A DNA stretch of 64,000 nucleotides from Paramoeba atlantica (lineage: Eukaryota; Protista; Discosea). Below the pieces are notes generated by a model. That model was not told the DNA's origin. It did no database searches and saw only the letters and a program-made list of their open reading frames with translations. Below are positions 1-10,946 of the stretch, one piece after another. The DNA is taken from assembly GCA_977017575.1 (NCBI GenBank), contig CDRNVI010000049.1:310001-374000 (forward strand), read 5' to 3'. A program made the translations under genes and the position numbers. The number at the start of each line of letters is the position of its first letter. Within the stretch, counting starts at the first letter, position 1.

Positions 1-546
1 CGTCGTGCAGTGACATTGAACCCCGAAGTGGTGGACTTGGCAGTATGCTCTCGGACTGTTGTTTGGACGGATGACTGGAGAGGAAATGCTACATTAAGCG
101 ATGATTTGTGCCACGTGAATCGTCAGCATCATTGGGTCGACCCAAGACCGAAGCCCATGCGCAGACAGTTGAATGCATGGATGGATCCCTCAAAAAGCCG
201 GTTCTGAATAGCGGTACGGGCACGATCGGACGTGAGGACAGCGCCCGCAACGATCGCTTCAAGTTTGGTGGGGAGGTTGTTGACGGCACATTGGGGAACA
301 CTTTGGTTATCATCTGCGTATCTCCTGGTTATCTCCTTATCGGACGTCGAAATGTACTGCAGACAGGTAGAATTTGTTTTAGAGTGATTTTTTTTAAGTG
401 GTGAAAATTTTTAAAAAACGTAAAAAGGCGCACTTCTGAGTCCTTTTAACCAAATTCTCAAATACTTTTTTCAGTATACTGAAACAAACAGTATAAGATT
501 ACATGCGAGAGACATACATACACGTACATGTATGAAAAACTAGTAA

Positions 547-2559
547 CTATATCGGAGGTTTTACCGGACCTGTTCCCTTCGGAAAAACTCTCATCCCAGA
601 TAATTTCTGCTTAGGATCAGTAATACCCAAATAATCACCAAAAGTTTGATTTTCGGGGCGCTTCTTTCCTCTCTTCTTTTCCTTGTAATCCTCGAGAAGT
701 TCTTTCATAATTTTTTCCCGACGATTTTTATTCATTAAAAGAAAAGCACGCTCCTGGTCTTCTGTGGCCTGCATAGATTCAGTGCCCATTTTACGAGGAT
801 CACGATGAAAGCCTTCCCAGTCCAAGTGTTCTGCGACCTCCAGATCACTTTCAAAACTCGTTTTCGATGCCATAGGAGATTCAGTATGAAGGGCATCCTC
901 GGTTCCCTGAGTGACAACATACTGTTGTGCCACATGTGTGGAAACGGTACCTGGAACATGAGGTCCTTTCTCTCTTTGAGCTCCAGAGGAATAATCACCT
1001 GGGCGTCCCATAAATGCGTCTTGTCTCGAGGTACCCATCTGTCCAGGCAGTGAAGCTGGATAATACGGGGGAAGGACATCGCTCTCACCATCTTTTTCCA
1101 TCATCTCAGTGTCGGCATCTCGCTTTCGTTCCGCCTCCTCCTCGACAAGCTTGTCCCAGCGACGTTCTTTGGCACCGGAGTGTACTTGCTCCACATATTT
1201 TAGAAACTGTCCCCCATCAAAGTTCCACGGCAATGACACAGTATGCTTTTCCCAGTCAATTTCCAATGGACCAAGTAAAAAAGTCACCTCGCTCCAGTCA
1301 TACGACGCGAGAGAGCCAGATATGGCTTGTAGCTCACGAGCCCATAACATTCTTTGCTCATACGTACAATCCGTGACAAAGGCATCCACCCCGGCTGGAT
1401 TTACTGTCGAGCGGAACTCCCTCAGACAATTTGTGGTTTGTTGAAGCATTGTTTTTGCAATAACAAATACCTCGCGACAGCGAGAAATGGAATTATCTGC
1501 TTGACAGCGCTCCAAAAAGTCGCTCAGCGACTTCGAGGTCAAGTTGTAGGGCACTATGATCACCCCGTTTTTGCGAAAGCCATAAAAATCGGAAATTTCA
1601 ATGGATAACTTTTCCACTCCAGCGAGACGTAAAGTTTCAACCGAATCAAGCAAGGTGGACAGCGCTTCAAGTGAATTTACGTGTGGACAGGATATTATGA
1701 CATCGTCTAAATCGCATGAGTTGCAAAGAGAAGTTATTTCTTGCTCAATACGACGCGCGAGGTCAGTTAATTTTTTGTGCTCCACATGGATCTCGTCGTG
1801 CCTTTCAATTAAAATCTTCTCTACAAATTCGTCCGGATTGAAATCCCACGGAACTGAAATCGTACCGGCCATGTCGGTGCTGACGCCATATCTCTGGCTT
1901 ATTAAAAGAGGAATTTCGTACCATAAATTGTAGCGCATTCGAGGTAAATTATCTCGTAGTGTAGTGATCGCAAAAGCACATTGCTTTGGTGATATTTCAC
2001 GGGAGAAAAAGATTAGATCTGCTTCTACCAAATCATCTACTGCTGGTATAGACTCACGATACCACGTTTCCGAAAGGCTCTCGCTGGTTTCCTCCATCAG
2101 AGTGCGCACAGGAGTTTCCTTGCCACGGGGCCGCAGTTGCCGGCGTGCCGTTTCAAGCCGCTCAGCAGCCACATCCTGTGAATGAGAGGCCTCACCAGCT
2201 TCACGATCCAAACACTGGGCTTTTACCAACAACTCTCGGAGAAATGAATTGATGGATCGCTCCGCCACTCCTTTGTAGGCGTCGCTTGTGTGAAAAGGCT
2301 TCGGAAGCAGAAAAGTACTCTGTACCTCCCCTCCGCCGGATCCATCATCTTCCACTTTGAGATGAAAAGCAATTTTTAGATTTGGCGCTGGTGGGGGTCG
2401 AAGAATTCCATTCTTGAAAGATTTCCCCCATTCCAAAAGTTCATTCAGTTGAGCGACGCTTCGTTCGTTGGCTCTTTGCCATGCAGCATTGCGAGAGAAG
2501 AAGTCAGGATGCACCTTTAGAAAAAACTGGTGAAGAGACTTTTTGTACACACTCTGCAT
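547..2559 (-). CDS. TCAIM/DUF4460-like protein, probably mitochondrial
   Basis: 670-aa ORF; N-terminal YKKSLHQFFLKVHPDFF...NERSVAQLNELL resembles the J-like DUF4460 start of the TCAIM family (recognised from memory). Confidence 0.6.
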   Translation of the reverse strand: MQSVYKKSLHQFFLKVHPDFFSRNAAWQRANERSVAQLNELLEWGKSFKNGILRPPPAPNLKIAFHLKVEDDGSGGGEVQSTFLLPKPFHTSDAYKGVAERSINSFLRELLVKAQCLDREAGEASHSQDVAAERLETARRQLRPRGKETPVRTLMEETSESLSETWYRESIPAVDDLVEADLIFFSREISPKQCAFAITTLRDNLPRMRYNLWYEIPLLISQRYGVSTDMAGTISVPWDFNPDEFVEKILIERHDEIHVEHKKLTDLARRIEQEITSLCNSCDLDDVIISCPHVNSLEALSTLLDSVETLRLAGVEKLSIEISDFYGFRKNGVIIVPYNLTSKSLSDFLERCQADNSISRCREVFVIAKTMLQQTTNCLREFRSTVNPAGVDAFVTDCTYEQRMLWARELQAISGSLASYDWSEVTFLLGPLEIDWEKHTVSLPWNFDGGQFLKYVEQVHSGAKERRWDKLVEEEAERKRDADTEMMEKDGESDVLPPYYPASLPGQMGTSRQDAFMGRPGDYSSGAQREKGPHVPGTVSTHVAQQYVVTQGTEDALHTESPMASKTSFESDLEVAEHLDWEGFHRDPRKMGTESMQATEDQERAFLLMNKNRREKIMKELLEDYKEKKRGKKRPENQTFGDYLGITDPKQKLSGMRVFPKGTGPVKPPI

Positions 2560-2849
2560 CGGAAGCTAAATTCCAGAGCATGGGAGCAATGCTATGAAAA
2601 AGGCATTCATGAGCAAAAGTGCGTTTAGTCGCAAACTAATCTATTTTCTAAGACGACTAGTTGTTTGACTCTCAAAATAAATATTGACCTCTTATCTTTT
2701 ACCTTCGTCTAAGGTAAATAGCATAAAAAAATAAGAAAAATTTCATTTTCAAGCTCTTTTTTCATATCCCCCTTCAGACATGTACGAGAAGAAAACGACA
2801 AATTACAATTACTCCAAGCCTTCAACCCTCGTACTACCACTGCACGCAT

Positions 2850-5303
2850 TCAGTGTTTGTCGCTAGCAGCGAAGACCTCTATCCCAAGTTCTTTGGCTCT
2901 TTCACTCAGTTGTTGATCATTCGTAACCAATATAATTTTCGGTGCGAACGGAGAGCTTGGCATTTTTTCGGATATTTGCAGCGTGCCATTCAAGGGAGAA
3001 TGGCACAAGTCCTGGTGAAACAACACGTATTTGATGTATGTGGAGATACATAATAGTTGAGTATCTATTGACCAGTCACCCTGAACCACCCGCGGCCACA
3101 TACATCGCGTGGGAATCTCTTGCGAAAGCGCAAGAAAAGCAATGGGCGGGGGAGTTACGCCCGGGTTTGTAGTCAAGACCGTTTTTGCAGGGGTACTTTT
3201 CAACTTCGACTCGGAAGGTTGCACCCAACCATGCATATGCAAGTTCATGCTTATTCTTGACAATCGACATAGTTTGCACCAAATTTTCCAAAAGTGTTGC
3301 CTCAAACGCTTTGAACGAAATATTTTGTTTCTAGTTGATCTACAAAGTGAGCGTACCTCTCTCGCCACACTAAATGGGACTAAAATCACGGTGCCTTCAG
3401 TATCGGATAGGATGTGGTCCAAATTGATCCGTTTCCACTTTGATTGGGGCATGTTTGCAGAAACGTGCTCTTGAGTATTTTCATTTTCCCTGCTAACTAG
3501 GTGTGGCTTGAGCCTTAAACCCTTCCCCGAGGTTTTTGCATTGATGCTTAATATAATACTAGAATCAAGAATCAATATTTTCAAATGTGGCGCTTCACCC
3601 GTCTCCTGGGGGCGGAACAATGAGCCTTGTGCCTTGTAGTTTGATTCTTGCTCAGTTCCAGGGGTGACCTGTTTCGCTGAGCTGCGGAGATCCGTTCCCA
3701 ATGCAGCGTTTAGGGTATAGCACTCTGGGTCATATTTCTCGGTGAGAAGATTCGTGCGGTTGTACCAACTACAGCATGGTCGGGTACCTGAGATGGAAGG
3801 AAGGTTCATAAATGAATGATTCGATGTGCTAGAAATGTGGCGCACAGACTTGTTGCGACCACGAAGCAGATTCCAAAAGGTTTTCGATGTGAGTCGACTA
3901 TTTATGATGTAGCCAGAACGATTCGAAATCATATTTAAATCAATTTTGCATACGAGAGGAGCGTAAAATGAGTAGAGCTTCTGGGCCAAACGAATAAGAA
4001 TCGTGAGTGAACTTGAGCTAAGCGGGAGCGTAAAGCGATTTCCGTTGTAGAAACTATTCGGACGATCAAATAGTTTCATCACGTGCTTTAGTACGGCTCG
4101 GTGAGGTTTTAATTCTCCTGCGGTACGATGCCTGCATACTTTGAGTGCCAAAACAATGTCGACCGAGATCAGCGATACCCATAAGGGGGTATTCGAAAAC
4201 AAATGTCTTATCTGACCTGCAGGTGCAGAAACGTTTGTATCAAAAGATGATTTGCGATCGAGGATTTCTACATAGTTGGTTGCGGAAACTCCGGCATACA
4301 ACGTTAATGCAGTGCACCAATGATTAAAAGCTTCTTTTCGAACATTTTCTAAATATTCGACTTCTCCGAGGTGGGCTGGTAGTTGAGTTTCCTGACTGCT
4401 GTTTCTATTACCTTGTCTGCAAGATGACTTCAGTTCAAATGACTTCATCACACCGAGAAACACTCCACGGTGCGCTATTGGGCATTGCCGAGAAAAAATT
4501 CGAAAGGCATCAGTCCACCGAGGCATTAGTTGAGTAAGGAGAGATATCAGCTGTACTTCAGTTTGGCACGTTTTATTCTCAAAGGCGCGACGCAATTTTA
4601 AACTTGAGGATCGTTCCTTCCATATGTCCAAACCGATAACCCAAGCGTTTTTGCAGTGGCACAGAACCTGATGAAGAATCTCGGGCGCTGCTAGAAAACG
4701 ACGAAAGTGTCGATTTAAGTAAACCAAAATAGGAGCCGACGGCGTATTTATGTTTTCCAGGAGTGGAACTAAGCTAGAGGCCCCACACGCCATACATTTC
4801 CGTCGAATCGCATCGTGTACGCTCAAAGCGATGATCCACGTTTGGATGCCCCTTGCTTCACTTTCCTTTTGGGGACATAATAATTTTTCGTCAGCGTTTG
4901 GAAGAGCAGTTGCCTGTACTGCACGGTAGGAAGGTTTGAGATTATTATTCAAGTAGCGAAAAATAAGTTGAATGCTGCGAGAAAGTAAGGCCTGCTCTTT
5001 AATGTCAGTCAAATGCGAACAAAGCGTACTGCTTGTAGTCCCCATGAAATTTTGTTTCTGTGGGTTCCATTGGGCCCCTGGTATTGAAGTACCAAAGCTG
5101 GAGGCGCCGACGAATCCTGGCTTGTAGATCGAGCGCTTTCTATTAAAGCTTGAGCTTAGTGAAAAAGTAGGAGATGAAGTGCGATGGAATTGAAGCACAA
5201 CTTCAAGGGCCTGAATCCACCCATTGTTGGGCAAACAAGCTTTAACTTCCTGTTCGATTAGTTTTGCTGCCATGGGTCTCCTTACTGCTTCCCAAACGAC
5301 CAA
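2850..5303 (-). CDS. Helical-repeat (PPR-like) protein with C-terminal PIN domain
   Basis: 817-aa ORF; spaced W..AL-type helices (WIQALEV, WTDAFRI, WCTALTL); PIN motifs ILILDSS, VPFSVAREV, IDTQLL, ILVTNDQQLSERAKELGI. Confidence 0.65.
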   Translation of the reverse strand: MVVWEAVRRPMAAKLIEQEVKACLPNNGWIQALEVVLQFHRTSSPTFSLSSSFNRKRSIYKPGFVGASSFGTSIPGAQWNPQKQNFMGTTSSTLCSHLTDIKEQALLSRSIQLIFRYLNNNLKPSYRAVQATALPNADEKLLCPQKESEARGIQTWIIALSVHDAIRRKCMACGASSLVPLLENINTPSAPILVYLNRHFRRFLAAPEILHQVLCHCKNAWVIGLDIWKERSSSLKLRRAFENKTCQTEVQLISLLTQLMPRWTDAFRIFSRQCPIAHRGVFLGVMKSFELKSSCRQGNRNSSQETQLPAHLGEVEYLENVRKEAFNHWCTALTLYAGVSATNYVEILDRKSSFDTNVSAPAGQIRHLFSNTPLWVSLISVDIVLALKVCRHRTAGELKPHRAVLKHVMKLFDRPNSFYNGNRFTLPLSSSSLTILIRLAQKLYSFYAPLVCKIDLNMISNRSGYIINSRLTSKTFWNLLRGRNKSVRHISSTSNHSFMNLPSISGTRPCCSWYNRTNLLTEKYDPECYTLNAALGTDLRSSAKQVTPGTEQESNYKAQGSLFRPQETGEAPHLKILILDSSIILSINAKTSGKGLRLKPHLVSRENENTQEHVSANMPQSKWKRINLDHILSDTEGTVILVPFSVAREVRSLCRSTRNKIFRSKRLRQHFWKIWCKLCRLSRISMNLHMHGWVQPSESKLKSTPAKTVLTTNPGVTPPPIAFLALSQEIPTRCMWPRVVQGDWSIDTQLLCISTYIKYVLFHQDLCHSPLNGTLQISEKMPSSPFAPKIILVTNDQQLSERAKELGIEVFAASDKH

Positions 5304-5548
5304 AAAACATTAGTTGCAGATTTTTTCGTCGTATGGTCCGACAATGTACTCACGAAAAGAAATCCGAAAAAATACTGCCACTCTCACCTGAACCCCAAGT
5401 ACATGAAATAAAAAATTCACGAAAAAAAAAATCAGCAAGGAGATGTATCGCGGAGAACGAGAGTCGTGTCTGTTTACGTGGAACACGATTTTATGACTCA
5501 CATAACTTTAACAATACGCTTGGACTAAAAATAAACCACCACGCTATC

Positions 5549-6787
5549 CTACCCCAAAGGTCTTTGTAAGGATCCCACAGGCGCCGACGGTTTTTGTGAC
5601 TTCCACCCCAGCGTACGTTTGCCTCCAGTAAATTTCCTCCACCGCGTGTACCGCAATCCGCCATACATCACCTGATTCGGCCACCGTAGCATACGTTCCA
5701 GCTGTCGCGTGTCATAGAGGTGCCGTGCCTGTTTCATCCCACCCAGAAACACGCCCTCCACAAAGAGCATACAACTCTCCCCGTGGTGTCCCTTACGCAG
5801 CCTGTGAAGCACAGATTGCCTCATGGTATCTAAAACCTCCGAAGAAGGAGAGGTATTACCCTCTGTAAACATATCTTTCTCGCCTGTACTCGTATCCCTC
5901 CCCTCAGAACGATAATCCGACGCAGTCACAACCCCCTGGGCTGGATCACGCACCTGATTTGAGGAAGGTACCACCAACACCGGGGTGCCGTTATTTCTCG
6001 TTTGCTCCAGATCTTCTAGCATCCTCTTCAACTCCTCATCCAAATCTAGCACCGCCGGAACCACACGATGTCGAACAATCCACGAACGCACCCGGTCCGC
6101 ATCTTCTCGGGAACCGGCTCCAGAACACAGCACCACCACGCGGGAAGCCGTAACGAGCTGTTTTGCAAACCGCTCCACATGATCCTCCCACACCACCTCC
6201 GGCGTACCCCGGGTAACGACGGGACCGGAATCCTCCGTCTCGCACATCTGCAGCTCCACAAACTCCCGTGTCTTTCCCGCATCAATTGCACGTCGTAGTG
6301 CCGCGACGGCCTTCTCTAAACCCGTCGACCCACACAAACGCTCCCCGGTTTCTTGTTTCATCGAGGAAGCCACCCCTTGATCTTCCCCGATTGGATCCTC
6401 TAACTTCGTAGTCGTCGTCGTCGTCGTCGTCGTCGTAGAGCCGCAACATGGCTCCTTCTCCTTCTCTTGTGGGGTCTTACCCGTCTCTCCCTCTTTCTCC
6501 TGTGGATTCTTGTTGTTAAGAAAAACCTCCAGCTGTTTGTGAATGCCTTTACGGGTACGGTTCGGGCTCTTGTGTCCAAGGGAGAGGGCTACGTCGGAGG
6601 GGGGGATACCGAGGAAGGTGGCCAGCGCGTGGCGGTACTCCACACGGAGACGGGAGCGGTACTGGGCGAAGGAGAGGATGAAGTCGGGGCGGGGCGCGGT
6701 GTGGAGGTGGTGGTTGTGTTCGAGGAGCACGCGACGGAGGGTCTCGGGGCGGATGAGGAGGGGACGGAGGGGGGTGGGGGAAAGCAT
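5549..6787 (-). CDS. Protein with a glutaredoxin-like domain
   Basis: 412-aa ORF; VVVLCSGAG...RVRSWI...VLDLD and LFVEGVFLGGMKQARHLYDTRQLERML match the Grx/SH3BGR-like fold; poly-Thr from a (GTC)n tract near 6410-6436. Confidence 0.55.
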   Translation of the reverse strand: MLSPTPLRPLLIRPETLRRVLLEHNHHLHTAPRPDFILSFAQYRSRLRVEYRHALATFLGIPPSDVALSLGHKSPNRTRKGIHKQLEVFLNNKNPQEKEGETGKTPQEKEKEPCCGSTTTTTTTTTTKLEDPIGEDQGVASSMKQETGERLCGSTGLEKAVAALRRAIDAGKTREFVELQMCETEDSGPVVTRGTPEVVWEDHVERFAKQLVTASRVVVLCSGAGSREDADRVRSWIVRHRVVPAVLDLDEELKRMLEDLEQTRNNGTPVLVVPSSNQVRDPAQGVVTASDYRSEGRDTSTGEKDMFTEGNTSPSSEVLDTMRQSVLHRLRKGHHGESCMLFVEGVFLGGMKQARHLYDTRQLERMLRWPNQVMYGGLRYTRWRKFTGGKRTLGWKSQKPSAPVGSLQRPLG

Positions 6788-6905
6788 GGCGGGAGGGGGG
6801 AAGGTCCGGTAGGGGGAAAAGGGGGAGGTGCGGGGGGGTAGAGTAACAAGGCGATAAGGGGTCGTGTCGAGAGTTAGGTTCTGTTATAGTATATTTTAAA
6901 TGATA

Positions 6906-8140
6906 CGGTCGACACCCCGCTAATAGACCCCCGCTACTAGGGATTTTAGACCCCCGCTAATAGGGACTCTTTTTCGCTATTGCGGCAGTATTCTTCCACA
7001 TTCTGCCCAGCGCATGGGATTTGCCCCTTGGTGACGCAGTTATTAGCTGAAGCTGCCTTGTGCCCACTTTTGCTTTGTGAAAACACTTTTTTGGGTTTGG
7101 CGTTCTATACAGCCACCAATTTCCGGGGCGGTCTAAAATTTGTGTCGTATGAGCTTTTGACCTAATTCCTTTGGCATTCAACAGATCTCGAAATTCTAAG
7201 CTGTTTTGCGGTATAAATAAAGGTAGATTCCATGTTATCCCATATGACCCACTTCATCTGCCTTGACCTCCGGTGCCTGTCACTCAAAGTCATTTTGAAC
7301 CGTGCGAAACTGTGGTCGTGCAATAATTAGAAATGTACGGTTATAGTTTTCTCTCAAGGAAGCGAAAGAAAGGGGAAGGAGTCTCCTTCCCCTTCTCCTT
7401 CAAGGAGAACATTTCTCATATCCCACAAACCTTTCGAGGACAAACGGGTTTAAATAAACATAACCAAACATTTTCAAGTATAAGGAGGGATAGGTTCCAA
7501 GCCTATGGATGGATTCCGCTTTTATACATCGGCATCGAGATGCGAGTACTACGAAAAATTAGTCGAAGAAGGGCAACAGGCATGGCCACGGATCTCTCTA
7601 AATTCAGAACCTTCAACGTTCTAATCTGTCAGTACGAAAGTCCCCTTCCAGCCACAAGTAGTTTTTCAAACGGCGACCACAAAGAAGGGCCGAGAAATTG
7701 TGGTAAAATGATTTTCGTCAATGTGATAATGCTTTCGTGGAATCGCAGTTGATGAATCGAAGCGCACACGCGATCGCCACAAGAAAAGGCGCGAGATTGT
7801 AGCGCCTTTCACATCCGCTTTCACAAGCGGATCAATTTGAGATAAGGCTATTGCGTCTCTTCGATTGGATTTCAATGATGCCCGAAAGTAATGGAACGAA
7901 ATGCCGAGAGAAAATCTCAAATCTTCAGACCAGAGTAATGGAAGGAAATGCCAAATCTTCGGACATGGAGTCTAGTAATTTGAAAGACGATAACTTTATG
8001 AGATTAATAGTCAATGCCTCTATAATAAGGTGGGATTGAACGCTTGATGAAAGCAATAAAAAATATCTGAATGAAAACGAAATTCGAGGAACATGAACAC
8101 AAGAAATACTGCGACAACGCTAATAGGGGCGGGGCTACCG
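6906..8140. mobile_element. Degenerate TIR transposon remnant, family unresolved
   Basis: Left end TA|CGGTCGACACCCCGCTAATAGACCCCC with repeated CCCCGCTA(A/C)TAG motifs; weak inverted similarity at 8101-8140; broken DDE-like fragments on the minus strand (HIDENHF, NMESTF). Confidence 0.35.
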
Positions 8141-8171
8141 GAGCAACGCTAGGATAAGGGAGCATGTCTAA

Positions 8172-9014
8172 TCACACGAGACCCCATACTAAGCCAAACA
8201 AACGCAAAATAAGACAAATGAGAACAACAGCAACTACCCACGTAAGACGCGGGAGATGCACGAGAGACGTTGAGCTCTGTTGAGATCTGTAATTCCGTGA
8301 GAGGGGACGAAGGTCTCGGAAGGGCGTTGCTTCCTTACGTGGAAGCTGGGTGTACGGGGAAGTACCGACCGGTGTGGTAGGGAGTTTTGAGGCCACACGT
8401 GTATCTCCGGGGCGAATGCGAGCATAAGTCGGCAACCGCTCCATACAGGGAGAAGCAAGCCCCTCTTGTGAGGGGGAGGCTGGGGGTATGCGAAACGGCG
8501 AAGGTTTTGTGTTAGGCAAAGGGGATTTTTCGGGAATTTCATCGGAAAAATCGGTGGGGGCGGATAAGATTGCAGTGCTAGCGTGTTGTTCCACGCTCTC
8601 CGAAATAACGGAATTAGTGACTTCACCTTTGCGTTGCTTACGACGTTCTTGCATATCTTGTAATTTCTTCCACAAATTCTCGTATCGTGCGGGTTTGGTG
8701 GTTGCAGGAGGTGACTCGTAGGAAAGCTTTCGCGAGATTGTCTCGGTAGAGGGAGGCTTCTGCTCACTTGAATCTACGAGAAAGGCAGGCGTTTCAGTGC
8801 GACGGGCTTCATTCGAGATTCTATTGTGGAACTCGTCTTCAATGATTTGGGGTTCACCGGAAGATGAAACTTCATGAATTACGGTAATTTTTTCATGGCT
8901 TCGCTTTGCTGGAGAGTTTGTAGCGGATAAAATTTGCATTTCCTCTTCCTTAGATAGCTTTCGCACTGAACTGCGATTGCGAGGACCTTTATTAAAATAG
9001 GTGAATCCAGGCAT
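8172..9014 (-). CDS. Hypothetical Ser/Pro-rich protein with C-terminal hydrophobic anchor
   Basis: 280-aa ORF co-oriented with the cluster; ends LTWVVAVVLICLILRLFGLVWGLV. Confidence 0.65.
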   Translation of the reverse strand: MPGFTYFNKGPRNRSSVRKLSKEEEMQILSATNSPAKRSHEKITVIHEVSSSGEPQIIEDEFHNRISNEARRTETPAFLVDSSEQKPPSTETISRKLSYESPPATTKPARYENLWKKLQDMQERRKQRKGEVTNSVISESVEQHASTAILSAPTDFSDEIPEKSPLPNTKPSPFRIPPASPSQEGLASPCMERLPTYARIRPGDTRVASKLPTTPVGTSPYTQLPRKEATPFRDLRPLSRNYRSQQSSTSLVHLPRLTWVVAVVLICLILRLFGLVWGLV

Positions 9015-9294
9015 GTGTCTTATGACAGATTAAGATATCTTTCTCTAGTTAATGTTCTCCAATTCAGAGTTATTTATTCTGGTGATGAACAACAAAAACA
9101 ATCTAGCTACAAACGCTTCACGTTCCGAGAGATCTCAATTAAATATTTTATTGTGAAGGAAGTTCTTCAGACCTATCTATATAGCCACATCCGAATCTTG
9201 TTACAACCCCGACTCATGGGGGAAAGGAGTTACGTAGGCACAGCACAAATGAGGCAGAAGGAAGCGAAAAATGTACATTCTTCCCTTGGCATCT

Positions 9295-10764
9295 TTATGG
9301 CTTTCCGAGAATGCGATTCAAGTTCCCTTCTGGTGGCCCCAGCATGGCTGTGATGGCTTCTTGCACGAGATTACGAAACCATTCGAGTTTTCGAGCGTCG
9401 ATTCGACGCGCACAGTTGAGATCGTCTTCGTAAGGATCCTCGAGACACATGTTGAAATGAAAACGTTCCCTCCTCTTCTCCATCCACCGAACATCCTCCC
9501 GTCTTCTAACTCGATCTTGCGTTAGAGAGATCACCTCGTTTTTCCAATCGAAGGTCGAGTAAAAACGAAAGAACTCAAATATCTGGGATCCAAGTTCTTC
9601 GTAATCAACGAAGTTCGGCCACGGAGTGAAATCTGGGTAACGTGGAAGGTGACAAGCATCGGGGATGCGCCAGGGGTCAAACCACCCCACTTGCCCGGTC
9701 CGGAGTAAATAGTAGATCCACATAATGGTCATTCCATATGAGGTAAGATTTCCCTTCGCCCCTACACCAAATTCCGTGGCCTTTCCCCATCTTTTAATCG
9801 TCATTTGACACAAACGAGAGACGGAAGGACCATTTGGGTCGTGCAGGTATTTACGGATCAGATAGCTGTTGCGCACAGCGTAGCCCAGAAAGGTAATATC
9901 AAACGAGAAACGAAGCAACTCCGGGAGATCGTTTAGATTAGCCACGGCGCGGGAGTACTGTGCCTTCATTGATTTGGTTATAATTCCTGTCTTTCCATCC
10001 GGCAACACGCCAATGCAGCGAAACAGTTGATTTGTGGAAGCAGCAGTAAACGTAAACGTGGTGTTGCCCCCACCCGGGGCATGTTCCGTAAGGGTTTGTT
10101 CTAATTCACAGCCCGCTTTTTTCATCAAGCCCTTGAGCGCACTCTCTTTTTCCGGAGACAGCGCAAAAGCGAAATGAAAGGCTCCGGTACGGGCATTGCG
10201 TGCCCTCTCCCCCGTCAGCGGCATCGCGACAGATTCCAATACCACCGGGCTCGACTGCGCCACGTACTTCACCAGCGGGATGCGTACCATGTCAATGTGT
10301 TTAATGTTACAGGCGGAGGGAATAGAATATTTGATACGATGGTAAAGCTTGTCGCTCAATTTGGTTGCTAGTTTGGCATCCGGGAGACTCCCTACGCTGT
10401 CCAGCACACAACTGAGATCCAAATCACTTCCCTTCTCTAAAAGACCCGTGGTGACGACGCTGCCCTCGAGGTAGATGTTCGCGTCCGGAGCCATCTGACG
10501 GGCGAGTTCCTGGGCCTGTTCCTGGGCCTTTAGAACGGTGTCGTATGCACTGCGGGGAAGGAGCCGGGATTGAAGCCGGTTTGCGATGTGGAAGCCCCAA
10601 CGTTTCCAATGTGCGGCGTTGTATTGTGACATGAATATCTCAGGAAGACATGAAAAGAGGGTTGGTGGTACGCGATGGGATGGAGTGTATCTGTTCTGTT
10701 TGATAAGTATCAAAGAAACATTAAAAACCGTACTGTGGTCCCTGTCCCCTTTAATATAAACCAC
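9295..10764 (-). CDS. RET2: RNA-editing 3' terminal uridylyltransferase 2 (KRET2-like)
   Basis: GSVVTTGLLEKGSDLDLSC nucleotidyltransferase motif; FDITFLGYAVRNSYLIRKYL, KRWGKAT, LTSYGMTIMWIYYLL, HLPRYPDF, CLEDPYED track trypanosome RET2. True start may be M at 10632. Confidence 0.9.
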   Translation of the reverse strand: MVYIKGDRDHSTVFNVSLILIKQNRYTPSHRVPPTLFSCLPEIFMSQYNAAHWKRWGFHIANRLQSRLLPRSAYDTVLKAQEQAQELARQMAPDANIYLEGSVVTTGLLEKGSDLDLSCVLDSVGSLPDAKLATKLSDKLYHRIKYSIPSACNIKHIDMVRIPLVKYVAQSSPVVLESVAMPLTGERARNARTGAFHFAFALSPEKESALKGLMKKAGCELEQTLTEHAPGGGNTTFTFTAASTNQLFRCIGVLPDGKTGIITKSMKAQYSRAVANLNDLPELLRFSFDITFLGYAVRNSYLIRKYLHDPNGPSVSRLCQMTIKRWGKATEFGVGAKGNLTSYGMTIMWIYYLLRTGQVGWFDPWRIPDACHLPRYPDFTPWPNFVDYEELGSQIFEFFRFYSTFDWKNEVISLTQDRVRRREDVRWMEKRRERFHFNMCLEDPYEDDLNCARRIDARKLEWFRNLVQEAITAMLGPPEGNLNRILGKP

Positions 10765-10946
10765 CTGACCCCCCCTCTTTATACTGATCCTTTTTGGCCC
10801 CTAGGCCCACCGGAAGCCTTTTTCGTTTCGGAAAATTCTCGTTCCGTATAATTTTCGATTCTTGGAGATGATTCTTTTTTTTGCTCAGACCATTATTTTG
10901 AGCAAGGTCAAAATTATTGAAGTGACCACAACCAAAATAGAAAAAT

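Noticed and set aside
1-430. Short ORFs at the left edge, possibly a gene running off the window
   Set aside because: No frame gives a continuous recognisable protein; cannot be supported without flanking sequence
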